Notes: a model not told the origin generated them from the letters alone. A DNA stretch of 64,000 nt from Weeksellaceae bacterium (GCA_041677705.1 JBAYPM010000005.1:23102-87101); one strand, 5' to 3'; counted from the first letter of the stretch, positions 20,722 through 30,991 are shown. Numbers and translations are program-made.

Positions 20722-20842
20722 ATTTTCGGATAAATTTAAATTAACAGAAATTCTCCAATTTACAGTCAAATTGAATTTGAATTCGAATGGTGTATATATC
20801 AAAAATATATTTTAATTTAGTCCTTATCAAATATTTGAAATT

Positions 20843-21271
20843 ATGAAAAAACTAATCTTGGCAAGTTTTATCTTTCTTTTTGGTGTAATCGGATACGCAC
20901 AGTCTGCGATCGGCACCTGGAAGACGATTGACGACAAAACCGGAAAAGAAAAATCCTATGTTCAGATTTATGAAACCAAAAGCGGAAAACTTCAGGGAAA
21001 AGTGGTGAAAATCCTTACTCCGGGCAAGGAACACGAGACATGCAAGGACTGCAGCGGTGACAATAAGGACAAACCGATCATGGGAATGGTGATTATGTGG
21101 GGTCTTGAAAAAGACAGCAGCGGCTGGTCCGGCGGACATATACTCGACCCAAACAACGGAAAACAGTACAAATGCAAAATCAGTCTGACCGATGCAAACA
21201 CTCTCACTGTCAGAGGATTTCTGGGTGTGTCTCTTCTCGGAAGATCTCAGACCTGGTACAGAGTGGAATAA
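20843..21271 (+). CDS. DUF2147 domain protein
   Basis: GTWKTIDD, GGHILDPNNGKQYKC, VRGFLG..LGRSQTW. Confidence 0.9.
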   Translation: MKKLILASFIFLFGVIGYAQSAIGTWKTIDDKTGKEKSYVQIYETKSGKLQGKVVKILTPGKEHETCKDCSGDNKDKPIMGMVIMWGLEKDSSGWSGGHILDPNNGKQYKCKISLTDANTLTVRGFLGVSLLGRSQTWYRVE

Positions 21272-21442
21272 TTAAGAGCGGAATAATTAAAGGACAAAAA
21301 AATTAAAGAAAATCTCTTTCAATTCGTTTTGGAAGAGATTTTATTATTTGGGTTGAAAAACAAATTCGGAAAACTTTCACAGTCCGAACTTTGGCATAAA
21401 ATATTATTCGCTTAATTTCGTAACCGCAAACCGAATACAGAA

Positions 21443-22357
21443 ATGAAAAAACTGATTCCGATATTTTGTTTTTTGATGATCTTCATCGGCTGTTCAGAGA
21501 CCGATATCATCAACGAAACCGGCGAAATGGAGATTACAGACATCAGTCTGCCCGAACTGCCAAACGGATATTTTTATCAGGGCTGGCTGCTGGTTGACGG
21601 CAGCTTTGTATCTGCGGGAACGATTACAAATGACTCGATTGCAAACAATTATGCACGATTTTCAAAAATCGATGCAAGCGATTTGAGCAATGCGCAGTCT
21701 TTTGCGGTAACAGTTGAAACTTCAAGCGGTGCGCCTTCAGACTATGTATTGCTGATCGGTAATTTTGAAGGAAATACAGCACAACTGAGCCCTACTGTGA
21801 CTGCAGCCAACGGTGTAAAAACTTTGGGTCAGAAAATTTCTGCGGGCTATACGGTTCAGAATGCTTCTGTTCCGCCCGAAGAAGCCGGAAACTACGGCAC
21901 CAACGGAATCTGGTTTTTCAAAGGAAGTGATGAAAACAAGGAACCGACACTTCAGCTTGATTATCACGGTTTGAGATATCAGGCGTGGCTAATCAAAACG
22001 CTGGAGGGAAACGACTGGTATCTGAATATGGGTCAGATCGAATCGGATACGATTGCAGATAACTGGCGAAATTTTATACCGGCACCTTTTGCACCGAATA
22101 TTCCGAATTTTCCGGGCGAAGACTTTTTGCAGCAGCCGGGTTCCGGGACTTCTTATCCCGAAGGATTTTTTCCGGCAGATGTGAGAGGTTCAAAGATCAT
22201 TCTCACTCCTATTTTTACAAATTACAACAATGCCGAAATTCCGTTCCCAATCTGGCTTCTTCGTTCTGATGTGCCGGCTGATGCGGTTAAAGATCCGAAT
22301 CTGGTCAGAGAAATGGAGATTAACAACAGCTACAGTCTGAAGGCAAAAAAATTATAA
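21443..22357 (+). CDS. Hypothetical lipoprotein with two RskA-like (YQGW/YQAW) segments
   Basis: Lipobox FIGC; LPELPNGYFYQGWLL and LRYQAWLI segments. Confidence 0.6.
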   Translation: MKKLIPIFCFLMIFIGCSETDIINETGEMEITDISLPELPNGYFYQGWLLVDGSFVSAGTITNDSIANNYARFSKIDASDLSNAQSFAVTVETSSGAPSDYVLLIGNFEGNTAQLSPTVTAANGVKTLGQKISAGYTVQNASVPPEEAGNYGTNGIWFFKGSDENKEPTLQLDYHGLRYQAWLIKTLEGNDWYLNMGQIESDTIADNWRNFIPAPFAPNIPNFPGEDFLQQPGSGTSYPEGFFPADVRGSKIILTPIFTNYNNAEIPFPIWLLRSDVPADAVKDPNLVREMEINNSYSLKAKKL

Positions 22358-22414
22358 AATCAATTCAAAATTTGGGGAGATCATTTCAATTCTTAATAAT
22401 AATTTGAACTACAG

Positions 22415-22556
22415 CGTTTTGTCATCATTTTTGTTTTGCTTCGCAACAAAAATGCCGCCAAAACGATAACACTCACACTTCTTTAATCCCGATTTGCTCT
22501 CCGCTGACGCTCCGTTTAATCGGGGCTAAAAATATTTGACCCGCTGCTGCGGGTCA
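22415..22556. repeat. Cluster of three REP-like palindromes
   Basis: cgttttg...caaaacg hairpin (22415-22465), cccgatt...aatcggg (22488-22524), tgacccgc-tgct-gcgggtca (22537-22556). Confidence 0.6.
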
Positions 22557-22647
22557 GTCCAAATCATAATTTTTAATCCGTGATTTGATTAAAGCATTTT
22601 AAAAGTTTTCGGCTTCCGCAAATTAGTATTAACTTCGCAGCACAAAC

Positions 22648-22722
22648 CGAAAGGGGTGCTTCCGTCAGGAGGCTGAGATTATACCCGAAGAACCTGGACA
22701 GGTAATGCTGTCAAGGGAATTT
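22648..22722 (+). ncRNA. TPP riboswitch
   Basis: ggggtgc...gctgaga..ataccc...gaacctg...gtaatgct...aggga consensus, upstream of a TonB receptor. Confidence 0.92.
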
Positions 22723-22841
22723 TCAAAATTATTCCCTGTTCAAAATCTCAAACACCGGATGCTGCAGAATCCGGATGATTGAACGAACAGCGAATTTTAA
22801 AAAAGGGATAATCCGCCTTTCATTTAAAAAATTAATTTAAA

Positions 22842-24977
22842 ATGAAAAGTAGGATTTTTTTATTTGGGCTCATTTGCGGAGCCTTTGTATCGGCACAGGA
22901 AATCATTGAAACCGATACCACAAAAATCGAACTCGGAACGGCTGAAATCATTCAGAAACTTCCGCTCACAACTAAAAAAGTCAGTAAGAAACAGTTGAAT
23001 CAAAAAAATCTGGGACAGGATATGGCGTCACTGCTCAGCAATGAAACCTCGGTGGTGGTAACCAGCGATGCAGGCGCGGGCGTCGGCTATTCTTCGATCC
23101 GGATCAGAGGGGTCGCTCAGGACCATATCAACATCACCATGAACGGCGTACCGCTCAACGATCCCGAATCCCAGAATGTATTTTGGGTCAATATGCCCGA
23201 TCTGGCGACCAATGCTTCGTCGGTGCTGATTCAGCGCGGCGTGGGAACTTCTGCTTCGGGAACGGCTGCTTTTGGTGCTGCGATGAATATTGAATCAGAG
23301 AATCCGTCGAATCGGGAATTTATTGAATTTTCGGCTTCGGCAGGAAGTTTCAATACCCGGAAATATTCGCTCAAAGGCGGAACCGGTGCAATACTCAACG
23401 GCAGGCTGACACTCGATCTGAATGCTTCACTGATCAAATCGGACGGATACATCGACCGTGCTTTCAGCGATCTGTATTCCTTCGGACTGAATGCAAAATA
23501 CCGGCTTGGACAGAATACGGTTTTTACATTCTGGAATTTCAACGGAAAGGAAAAAACCTATCAGGCGTGGAACGGAATCGATGAACAGACTTTGAAAACC
23601 AACCGCAGATTCAATCCGGCGGGCGCGATTTATGATTCGGACGGAAATATTATTGATTATTTCAAAAATGAAACCGACAATTACAGACAGAATCACAACC
23701 ATCTGGGCTGGCAGCAGAATTACGGAAACGGCTGGAAATCGTCGGCAACGCTCTATTACACCCGAGGAATCGGTTATTATGAAAATTACAAACAGGATGC
23801 AAAACTGTATCAGTACAAAATTGAATCGGATACCGAAAGAGCAGACCTCATCAGACAAAAATGGCTGGACAGCAATCTGTACGGTTTGAATTTCAATTTT
23901 GAAAATCAACGGCTTGGGAATCTGAAATATTTTGGCGGATTTTCGGTCAATCATTTCAACAACAAACATTACGGAAAAGTGATCTGGCTGAAAGATGTTG
24001 AAAATTGGGATTCCAATTTTGAATTTTACAGAAATCTGTCAAACAAAAACGACCTGTCGGTTTACTCAAAAGCGGTTTTGGAACTGAATGATTTTGAATT
24101 GTTTGGAGATATTCAGTATCGTCATGTTTCCTACAAAACCAAGGCTGCACCCGGCGGTGAAAACGAATATGAAAACTTTTTTGCGTTTGATGATCAATTT
24201 GATTTTGTCAATCCCAAAATCGGAATCAATTACAATCCGAATCTGTATCAGACCATTTACTTTTTTTACGGATTGTCACATCGCGAACCGATCCGATCCG
24301 ATTATCTGGACAACGGCAGAAAGCTCGATCCCGAAAAACTGCATGATTTTGAATTGGGTTACAAAAAATCGGGCCGATTGAAACTGAATGCAAATCTGTT
24401 TTATATGTATTATCTCGATCAGCTGGTGGCGACCGGACAGCTGAACCAGACCGGAAATTATATCAGAACCAATAGCGGAAAAAGTTTCAGAACCGGAATT
24501 GAAATCAGTTTTGGATACGAACTCATCCCGTCTAAACTTGATCTTTTCGGAAATCTGAGCCGAAGCATCAGCAGAAATATCGATTATTCGGAGATCGGTT
24601 ATGACTCGGACGGAAATGAACTGCTGACCGAATACGGAAATACACCGATTTCTTTTTCGCCCGATTGGGTGGGTGCGGCCGGTCTGGACTGGCAGTTGGT
24701 CAAAAATCTGTATTTCAATCTCAGCGGGAAATATGTGGGCAGTCAGTATCTGACCAATACAAAATTAAATGACGGAAAGCTAAATGATTATTTTCTGACC
24801 GATCTGCTGATTCGTTATCAGCCAAAAATCAAAACGTTTAAAAATCTTGAATTTTCGATTTTGGTCAATAATCTTTTTGACCGGAAATATGAAAGCAACG
24901 GATTTTATTATGAAGGCGCTTATTATTATCCGCAGGCGGGAATCAATGTATTGGGCGGCTTGAGTTTCAGATTTTAA
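22842..24977 (+). CDS. TonB-dependent receptor, probable thiamine uptake
   Basis: Plug SDAGAGVGYSSIRIRG, C-terminal YYPQAGINVLGGLSFRF; TPP riboswitch upstream. Confidence 0.88.
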   Translation: MKSRIFLFGLICGAFVSAQEIIETDTTKIELGTAEIIQKLPLTTKKVSKKQLNQKNLGQDMASLLSNETSVVVTSDAGAGVGYSSIRIRGVAQDHINITMNGVPLNDPESQNVFWVNMPDLATNASSVLIQRGVGTSASGTAAFGAAMNIESENPSNREFIEFSASAGSFNTRKYSLKGGTGAILNGRLTLDLNASLIKSDGYIDRAFSDLYSFGLNAKYRLGQNTVFTFWNFNGKEKTYQAWNGIDEQTLKTNRRFNPAGAIYDSDGNIIDYFKNETDNYRQNHNHLGWQQNYGNGWKSSATLYYTRGIGYYENYKQDAKLYQYKIESDTERADLIRQKWLDSNLYGLNFNFENQRLGNLKYFGGFSVNHFNNKHYGKVIWLKDVENWDSNFEFYRNLSNKNDLSVYSKAVLELNDFELFGDIQYRHVSYKTKAAPGGENEYENFFAFDDQFDFVNPKIGINYNPNLYQTIYFFYGLSHREPIRSDYLDNGRKLDPEKLHDFELGYKKSGRLKLNANLFYMYYLDQLVATGQLNQTGNYIRTNSGKSFRTGIEISFGYELIPSKLDLFGNLSRSISRNIDYSEIGYDSDGNELLTEYGNTPISFSPDWVGAAGLDWQLVKNLYFNLSGKYVGSQYLTNTKLNDGKLNDYFLTDLLIRYQPKIKTFKNLEFSILVNNLFDRKYESNGFYYEGAYYYPQAGINVLGGLSFRF

Positions 24978-24997
24978 CAGCAAAAAAAAGGATTTTG

Positions 24998-25151
24998 TTT
25001 TGGCTAAAGCCGCTGATCGACACAATTTATGATAAACGGCCTAAAGGCCGTTCCTATTCAAAATTTCAAAAATTTGAATGTTGTTTAATTGAATGGGCCC
25101 CGGCTTCAGCCGGGGTTCAAATTCATCCTGTTCAATAGGCTTTAGCCAAAA
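24998..25151. repeat. 154-bp MITE/REP-like element with 14-bp terminal inverted repeats
   Basis: ttttggctaaagcc ... ggctttagccaaaa; internal ggcctaaaggcc and cccggcttcagccggg hairpins. Confidence 0.7.
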
Positions 25152-25249
25152 TATCTTTTAAACAATCTGAAATTTAGAAGAAAAAATCAAAGCCATAAAA
25201 AAAGCATTGAAGTCAGGAATTTGACCTAAAGATGTACAATTATGGGAAT

Positions 25250-25277
25250 GTAGAGACGTACGGTCGTACGTCTCTAC
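25250..25277. repeat. GTAG-type REP palindrome
   Basis: GTAGAGACGTACG-gt-CGTACGTCTCTAC, perfect 13-bp stem. Confidence 0.75.
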
Positions 25278-25401
25278 CCTAAAAATCGAAATATTTTCGC
25301 ACAATTTTCTGAAATAATTATAAAATTGATGCAGTAATCTAAATAACAGCTGAATATCAAAAACCTGAGTTTCTGAATAAGAATAAGGTGGAAGTCACAA
25401 A

Positions 25402-25428
25402 AAAAGCGTCCCAAATCGGGACGCTTTT
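25402..25428. terminator. Terminator hairpin downstream of the endonuclease gene
   Basis: aaaagcgtccc-aaatc-gggacgctttt. Confidence 0.75.
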
Positions 25429-25451
25429 GATTTTTATAATCGAATCAACTT

Positions 25452-26600
25452 TTATTTGATTACCGCTTTGGTATTGAATTCAAGACGTTTTCCTTCTGCT
25501 TTGATGATATAGACACCTTTGCTGAACAGACTGATTTTGACTTGGTCCTGACCGTTTGAATTTTGGATGGTTTTGACCAGTCTTCCGTTCAGATCGTAAA
25601 CCGAAATCTTTTCAATCGATTTTTCGGGATTCTGAAGTTTGAGCGTCACCTCATTTTTTGAAGAATTATACACCAAAACATCATTTCTTTTCTGATAATC
25701 GGTATCGTTCACATCCATGCCTGAACCCCAGATAATCTGTACAAATTCGGGGTGATCTATATACGGATTCCTGTTTCCCTGATGATTGTAATAAATCAGA
25801 TCGTTGATATCCTTTTCTCGCTGGCTCACCGGATCCATCACATGCCACTGGATCAGCATTTCAAGAAAATCCTGACTGAAAACCTGTGTAAAAGTTCCGT
25901 CAAACATTGCTTTCACACCAGCATTTGAGCTGTTGTAGAATCCAGTCATTTTGTCCTGATAACAGGTCGCAAAATAAAAATAAGCACGGGCAACATCGCC
26001 TTTGAATTCATCGATCGGTTCAAATACGGTGATTGAATTGTTTTTGGTAAATTTTCCCTTCAGCGAACCGTTTTTGGTTTTGCAGGGCATATTGGTGGCT
26101 CCGCTGTTGCATGGAGTTGCGCTGCTTCCGTTGGTAACCGTTCCGAAAGCGAAATTGTCGCGCCAGCCGTTCACCTTGCTGTCTGTCGGCCAGATGTGAA
26201 ATGCGTCTGTGCGCATCGGCAACTCTTCGTTGAAATAAGATTGTGGAATCAGGTGTTCACGATTGAAGGCATCACCCTCCGAACCGCCCGAACCCATCGG
26301 ATCGTCCGGATTAAAATTATACGGATCGGGACCGTCCGGATTTTCGGAATAAATATCCAGTACGGTATTGTCATTTTCATAATATTTGTCCTTGAAACCG
26401 TTTTTTGAACTGTTGGACTGATAGAGACCTTTGAGTGCGGCATAACTCTGCACATTGAAATCTCTGATGATGTAGAACAATTTTGTCTTCAGATCGTAGC
26501 CGGTCAGCCCTTCGGTTCCGTCATAGTATCCGCTTGGGATTTGGCCAAACATCAGACCTGAAAGAAGAATTCCAAAAAGTGTAAATCTAAATTTATTCAT
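25452..26600 (-). CDS. Extracellular endonuclease I family nuclease with T9SS CTD
   Basis: NREHLIPQS, GDVARAYFY, QGNRNPYIDHPE; CTD KISVYDLNGRLV...KGVYIIK. Confidence 0.9.
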   Translation of the reverse strand: MNKFRFTLFGILLSGLMFGQIPSGYYDGTEGLTGYDLKTKLFYIIRDFNVQSYAALKGLYQSNSSKNGFKDKYYENDNTVLDIYSENPDGPDPYNFNPDDPMGSGGSEGDAFNREHLIPQSYFNEELPMRTDAFHIWPTDSKVNGWRDNFAFGTVTNGSSATPCNSGATNMPCKTKNGSLKGKFTKNNSITVFEPIDEFKGDVARAYFYFATCYQDKMTGFYNSSNAGVKAMFDGTFTQVFSQDFLEMLIQWHVMDPVSQREKDINDLIYYNHQGNRNPYIDHPEFVQIIWGSGMDVNDTDYQKRNDVLVYNSSKNEVTLKLQNPEKSIEKISVYDLNGRLVKTIQNSNGQDQVKISLFSKGVYIIKAEGKRLEFNTKAVIK

Positions 26601-26709
26601 TTTTCAATTTTCTGTAAGCGCAAAAGTATTAATTTTGGCAGGATTAATTTCCATCAAAACACTTAAAATAATTTTTCGACAAAACTATTGCAGATATTAA
26701 ATTTTGTAT

Positions 26710-26717
26710 TAATTTTG
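26710..26717 (+). promoter_or_regulatory. Bacteroidota -7 promoter box for rpsT
   Basis: taattttg with ttg about 20 nt upstream. Confidence 0.55.
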
Positions 26718-26792
26718 CGCACTCATTCAATTTGAATGGAAAACCCAAAAATTAAGTCGGATTAAATTCCGGTTTTAAAAGAATAAAAAATT

Positions 26793-27047
26793 ATGGCAAA
26801 TCATAAGTCGGCATTAAAGAGAATCAGACAGACAGAAGTCAGAACAGAGAGAAACCGTTATTATCACAAATCTGCACGTACAGCGATCAAAAATCTGCGT
26901 GCCGAAACTGATAAGAAAGCAGCTGAAGAGCAGCTCGCAGCGGTATCTTCAAAGATCGACAAATTGGCAAAGAGAAACATTATTCACAAGAATAAAGCTT
27001 CCAATTTGAAGAGCAAACTGACCAAGCACGTCGCTTCACTGGCATAA
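26793..27047 (+). CDS. rpsT: 30S ribosomal protein S20
   Basis: MANHKSALKRIRQ...IHKNKASNLKSKL. Confidence 0.98.
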   Translation: MANHKSALKRIRQTEVRTERNRYYHKSARTAIKNLRAETDKKAAEEQLAAVSSKIDKLAKRNIIHKNKASNLKSKLTKHVASLA

Positions 27048-27057
27048 AAATACAGTT

Positions 27058-27129
27058 GGCCCGTTCGTCTATCGGTTAGGACTTCAGATTTTCATTCTGG
27101 CAAGAGGGGTTCGATTCCCCTACGGGCTA
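27058..27129 (+). tRNA. tRNA-Glu(TTC)
   Basis: Acceptor GGCCCGT/ACGGGCT, anticodon arm TCAGA-TTTTCAT-TCTGG, T-arm GGTTCGATTCC; CCA not encoded. Confidence 0.95.
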
Positions 27130-27223
27130 CAAAAATAAACCTCTAACGATTTGATTAAAAGATTGCTAGAGGTTTTTTCTTGCTTAAAACTCCCGACATA
27201 TTCCCGATTCTGAGGAGACCATA

Positions 27224-28201
27224 TTATTTTTCCTTGTATAATTCTATATAAAATTTAGACGTTTTATAAACCTCCTCCAATGCTTTAAAGTTTATAAATA
27301 AATGCCATTCTTTTCCATAGTCATTTTCTAAACCGTGTAAAATTAAATCTCTGTCCTCTTTGAATCGTCTTCTTAGAAAATCTAATCTCTCTTGAAAAGT
27401 TATCATAATTTCGTTTGGCTCATTTCCTTTACAGAAATCGCAATCTCCAGTTATCAATCTATATTTACTATAACTTACAGGATAATCCTTTTCCCATTCT
27501 ACTTTTCTCAGAAAACCGTCTAAAGAATTAGCATAATCTTTTGATTTAATTTTCAAATCTCGTTTTTCTATCAAAAAATGACCTAATTTTCTTACTATAC
27601 CCTCAATAGAGGTTAATATGAGCAAACTACAAGCTCTGAACAATTTAACTTTATACGCTTTTTCAATTTCCTGAAAAGTGTCTTTAAATTCTTTAAAGAA
27701 TTCTTCTGATTTAAAATAGTTATGAATATCCGATTTAAAATTTTTAAAAGTAGTTGGAAGATAGGAAGCTAATTCATCTACATTTTTATTACCAACACTT
27801 ATATCTAAAGCATCATATAATTTTAAATCTGTAATCCAATACAAATCATATTTTATGCTTCCATAATAAGAATTTGCAACTATAAAAGGAATATCTATAT
27901 CATAATTAGCAAAAAGCAATTGTTGTTTACTGAAAAAATTTATGATTTTTTCTCTTTCTAATTCTTCCGCTAAATAATCTATATAATCAGAATATCTTTT
28001 AAGACTTCTTTTAACTCTTATATCTTTGTAATAGGAAACATTCACTTCATCAGGAAGACTTACGAGTTGAATACAATGACTAAATACCACATTTATAAAT
28101 TTCTTTAATAAAATCTCCCTTTCTATATACCTACTTGGTTCGTCATCTTCAAAAATTTGACGGTTTAGTTTATCTTCAATATCTCCGATAGTCATATTCA
28201 A
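27224..28201 (-). CDS. Hypothetical protein with C-terminal HEPN-like motif
   Basis: CSLLILTSIEGIVRKL helix and RDLILHG (R-x4-H). Confidence 0.55.
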   Translation of the reverse strand: MNMTIGDIEDKLNRQIFEDDEPSRYIEREILLKKFINVVFSHCIQLVSLPDEVNVSYYKDIRVKRSLKRYSDYIDYLAEELEREKIINFFSKQQLLFANYDIDIPFIVANSYYGSIKYDLYWITDLKLYDALDISVGNKNVDELASYLPTTFKNFKSDIHNYFKSEEFFKEFKDTFQEIEKAYKVKLFRACSLLILTSIEGIVRKLGHFLIEKRDLKIKSKDYANSLDGFLRKVEWEKDYPVSYSKYRLITGDCDFCKGNEPNEIMITFQERLDFLRRRFKEDRDLILHGLENDYGKEWHLFINFKALEEVYKTSKFYIELYKEK

Positions 28202-29337
28202 TATTTAAAGGTCATTAAATCCAAATACAACTTTTCATAATTTTCATCAGTATATAAGGTTTGAGGCACTTTATAATACTTGCGAAGAATTTTATTAAAA
28301 TCGTTTTCTATAATCTCTTTTTGCATAAAAACTTTTGGTATTACATCCTCAACCCCCTTTTCAAAATTATTTGATGCTATATATTCAATCTTTAAATTTT
28401 GATTTTCCTTTCCAATAATTTTACCTATTCCGAAGTCAAATATTGCAATATTCCCAATGGCTACATTATTAAGATTTTCAGTATTTAAATCCGTATTGAG
28501 AGTATTAAAAACATCAGTAAATGTTTTTGTTATGTTATCTTCAAATTTTAGTATCTTAGATATATCTCTATAAATTCCCACAATAAGTAACAGAGACCAA
28601 TCCAATAAAGTTTTAGGTGTTAATGTACTTACTATTACATTAGAATATGAAAAGTGGTTTTTCTTACTTAAAAAAGCATAACTTGTTAAATAGTCCATTC
28701 CGAGCAACAATCTTTCTTGTTTGGAATTTCCCTTAATGACATCTAAAAGTTTACTCTTAGTATTTTTTAGTAGAGATAAATTCTTTTGAGTTAGTTGCGA
28801 CCTAAAACTATTTATTGTTTTTCTATTATCCTCACTTACTTTCTTATAATATAATGGCTCACAATTATAGAAATCTTTAGAAACATTTAATTTCAATTCA
28901 TCGTAATTAAATCTATCCCCTAAATAGACCAATTGCAGTAATAACTCAATTGCTTCGTCTGTTTCATTATTTAGCTTTGCAAAAGTAAGGTTAAAGGATT
29001 TCAGTTCTAAATACAATTCAAATAAAGGTCTTAATATACTTGCTATTAATTCAACCTCTGCTTCATCCTGAAATTTAGAATTTAATTCCGCTTTTGTTAA
29101 TATATTTTCACAATCATTAATTCTTATTACATCAAGAATAGACAAAATCCTAATGTAATTTATTCCTAATGTAGAAAGTTTATCAAAAATTCTCGAAAAA
29201 ATAAAATCTCTAAAAGAACTGATTTTATTATAATCGTTTATATTTTCGATGTAATTGATATTTTTCTCAATACTAAAAAGAATTTGTTTTACAGTATTAA
29301 TTCTCCCATTCCTATCCATTGAATTCCTACATTTCAA
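28198..29337 (-). CDS. Hypothetical protein, DUF5677/HEPN-like fold
   Basis: ASILRPLFELY and SYAFLSKKNHFS segments; 4-nt overlap with the next gene. Confidence 0.45.
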   Translation of the reverse strand: MKCRNSMDRNGRINTVKQILFSIEKNINYIENINDYNKISSFRDFIFSRIFDKLSTLGINYIRILSILDVIRINDCENILTKAELNSKFQDEAEVELIASILRPLFELYLELKSFNLTFAKLNNETDEAIELLLQLVYLGDRFNYDELKLNVSKDFYNCEPLYYKKVSEDNRKTINSFRSQLTQKNLSLLKNTKSKLLDVIKGNSKQERLLLGMDYLTSYAFLSKKNHFSYSNVIVSTLTPKTLLDWSLLLIVGIYRDISKILKFEDNITKTFTDVFNTLNTDLNTENLNNVAIGNIAIFDFGIGKIIGKENQNLKIEYIASNNFEKGVEDVIPKVFMQKEIIENDFNKILRKYYKVPQTLYTDENYEKLYLDLMTFKY

Positions 29338-29635
29338 ATTTAACCTCCGTATTCCATTTTGTATAGAAAACTATTTTATCCGCTTTCGATTTTTCTTCTG
29401 TCATATAGAGAATTAAATCAGCTTGATTTTTCCATTCTATGAAATACCATTTTCCTTCTTTGGCTTGATTTATCCAATCGGTTTTCATTAGAATCCAATC
29501 GGCTTCATTTTTTTGCGTGGTTTCGTAAACAATATAATCTGCTTCCGTTTCATTATCGGTTATGTATATTTTTTGAGAAAATACACTTACTGAAAAGAAG
29601 AAGAAAAAAACGAATAAAATAATTTGACTTTTCAT
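29327..29635 (-). CDS. Small secreted protein, DUF6150-like
   Basis: Signal peptide MKSQIILFV...; three repeats of the ..EAD/QAD/KAD..IVY type. Confidence 0.6.
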   Translation of the reverse strand: MKSQIILFVFFFFFSVSVFSQKIYITDNETEADYIVYETTQKNEADWILMKTDWINQAKEGKWYFIEWKNQADLILYMTEEKSKADKIVFYTKWNTEVKFEM

Positions 29636-29820
29636 TTTAGGTTGAATTTTACCAAAATTAACTAAATTTGTAAGCTCCCCTTTTTCCAACAACTCAAAAC
29701 TAAACAAAATTATGCACTTCTATTCAATTTTTTAAACATCCACCTTATAGATATGAACGATATTGTAATGTTAGTACTTTACCCGCTATGCGCCAATGGG
29801 ATTTATAGGCTTTGGCTTTT

Positions 29821-30723
29821 TTAAAGGTTTTCCAAAGCGTCGTACAAGTCAAATTCATGTACTATAACAAGATTTGAACCTTGCTTTCTATGCGCCATTG
29901 CTTGTTCTATTTTCTTTCCATAACAAGTAAAGGCCCAACAAGAGTTTTTCTCGTCGCAAACTATAAGGTAATTTAGTTTCGAGCTCACAGAATTAACAAC
30001 GAAACCACCATATAATTCTATTTTTTCTGCAATTTCTCTTCTTTTTAAAATCCGTGAAACCCCTGTAATGCAAAATGTTTTTTCTTGGACAATTATGTCG
30101 GGATCTATTTGATAAAATCCGGTCTTGAGTGATTGTATTAAATCATTGTTAGTGTTATCATCAGAATTTCCTACAATACTTTTACAAAAGTCTAAAACGG
30201 CTTTATGTTCTTCTTCGGTAATTTTTTTATCTAATATCACATTTAATGTAAGATTATAAATTTCATCATATGGGTATGTGTTTTTTAGGTATTCATTTTC
30301 GTCTAACCAATCTTTTAAATAACGGATTTCATCATAATTAATTTCATTGTCAATGGAAATACCCATTAGGATGCCAATCAATCTTTGGATTCCTGCGGTA
30401 ATTGCGGAGTAATAACCGCTCTTATCAAGATATTGATTGCAAAACCAGATGATATTTTCACATTCTTCTTCCGTGAGAATTTCATCAGTTAAACTTTCAC
30501 GCAGTAGATTAATAATTCCTTTATACGGATTTCTTTCTTCATAAATTTTAGTTTCATTTATCCATTTCTGAACTCCTTTTTTTTCAATTTCTGTGATTTT
30601 TTTATCACTCTTTATTCCCTTTATAATTCCAACTAAAGTTTGTAAATCTTTTTCAACTATTGAAGGATTTATAAATTGCTTGTATTCTTCGTTGTCAAAT
30701 TTGTCAAAATCGGCTGTATTCAT
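29821..30723 (-). CDS. TerB-like tandem helical repeats plus C-terminal BRCT domain protein
   Basis: Two repeats (LVGIIKGIKSDKKITEIE; LIGILMGISIDNEINYDE) and BRCT FCITG...GG...SVSSKLNYLIV. Confidence 0.75.
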   Translation of the reverse strand: MNTADFDKFDNEEYKQFINPSIVEKDLQTLVGIIKGIKSDKKITEIEKKGVQKWINETKIYEERNPYKGIINLLRESLTDEILTEEECENIIWFCNQYLDKSGYYSAITAGIQRLIGILMGISIDNEINYDEIRYLKDWLDENEYLKNTYPYDEIYNLTLNVILDKKITEEEHKAVLDFCKSIVGNSDDNTNNDLIQSLKTGFYQIDPDIIVQEKTFCITGVSRILKRREIAEKIELYGGFVVNSVSSKLNYLIVCDEKNSCWAFTCYGKKIEQAMAHRKQGSNLVIVHEFDLYDALENL

Positions 30724-30757
30724 TTTGGTTTGTTTTTTAAGGAATCTTTAATGTTAT

Positions 30758-30935
30758 TGCCATTAACGTTTTAGGTATTTTCGAAAACGGGAAAATCGAT
30801 CCGCCGCGGCGGATCGATTTTGCACCGAGCCATAATATGAAGTAAATTTAAGAAAAAACGAATGATATTCATTTTAGCGAGTCTCGGAGTATAAAGCATC
30901 AGCTTGCTATTGTGATAAACCCTCGTTATATGGCA
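30758..30935. repeat. attC-like folded spacer with TAAC...GTTA termini
   Basis: tgccattaac ... gttatatggca terminal inverted repeat with one extra base; internal perfect 30-bp palindrome aaaatcgatccgccgcggcggatcgatttt. Confidence 0.55.
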
Positions 30936-30991
30936 GGCTTTTCCGCTATTCTTTTTTCGTCTGCCTGTCAGCGTTGAGTTAGGTTTCCTCT

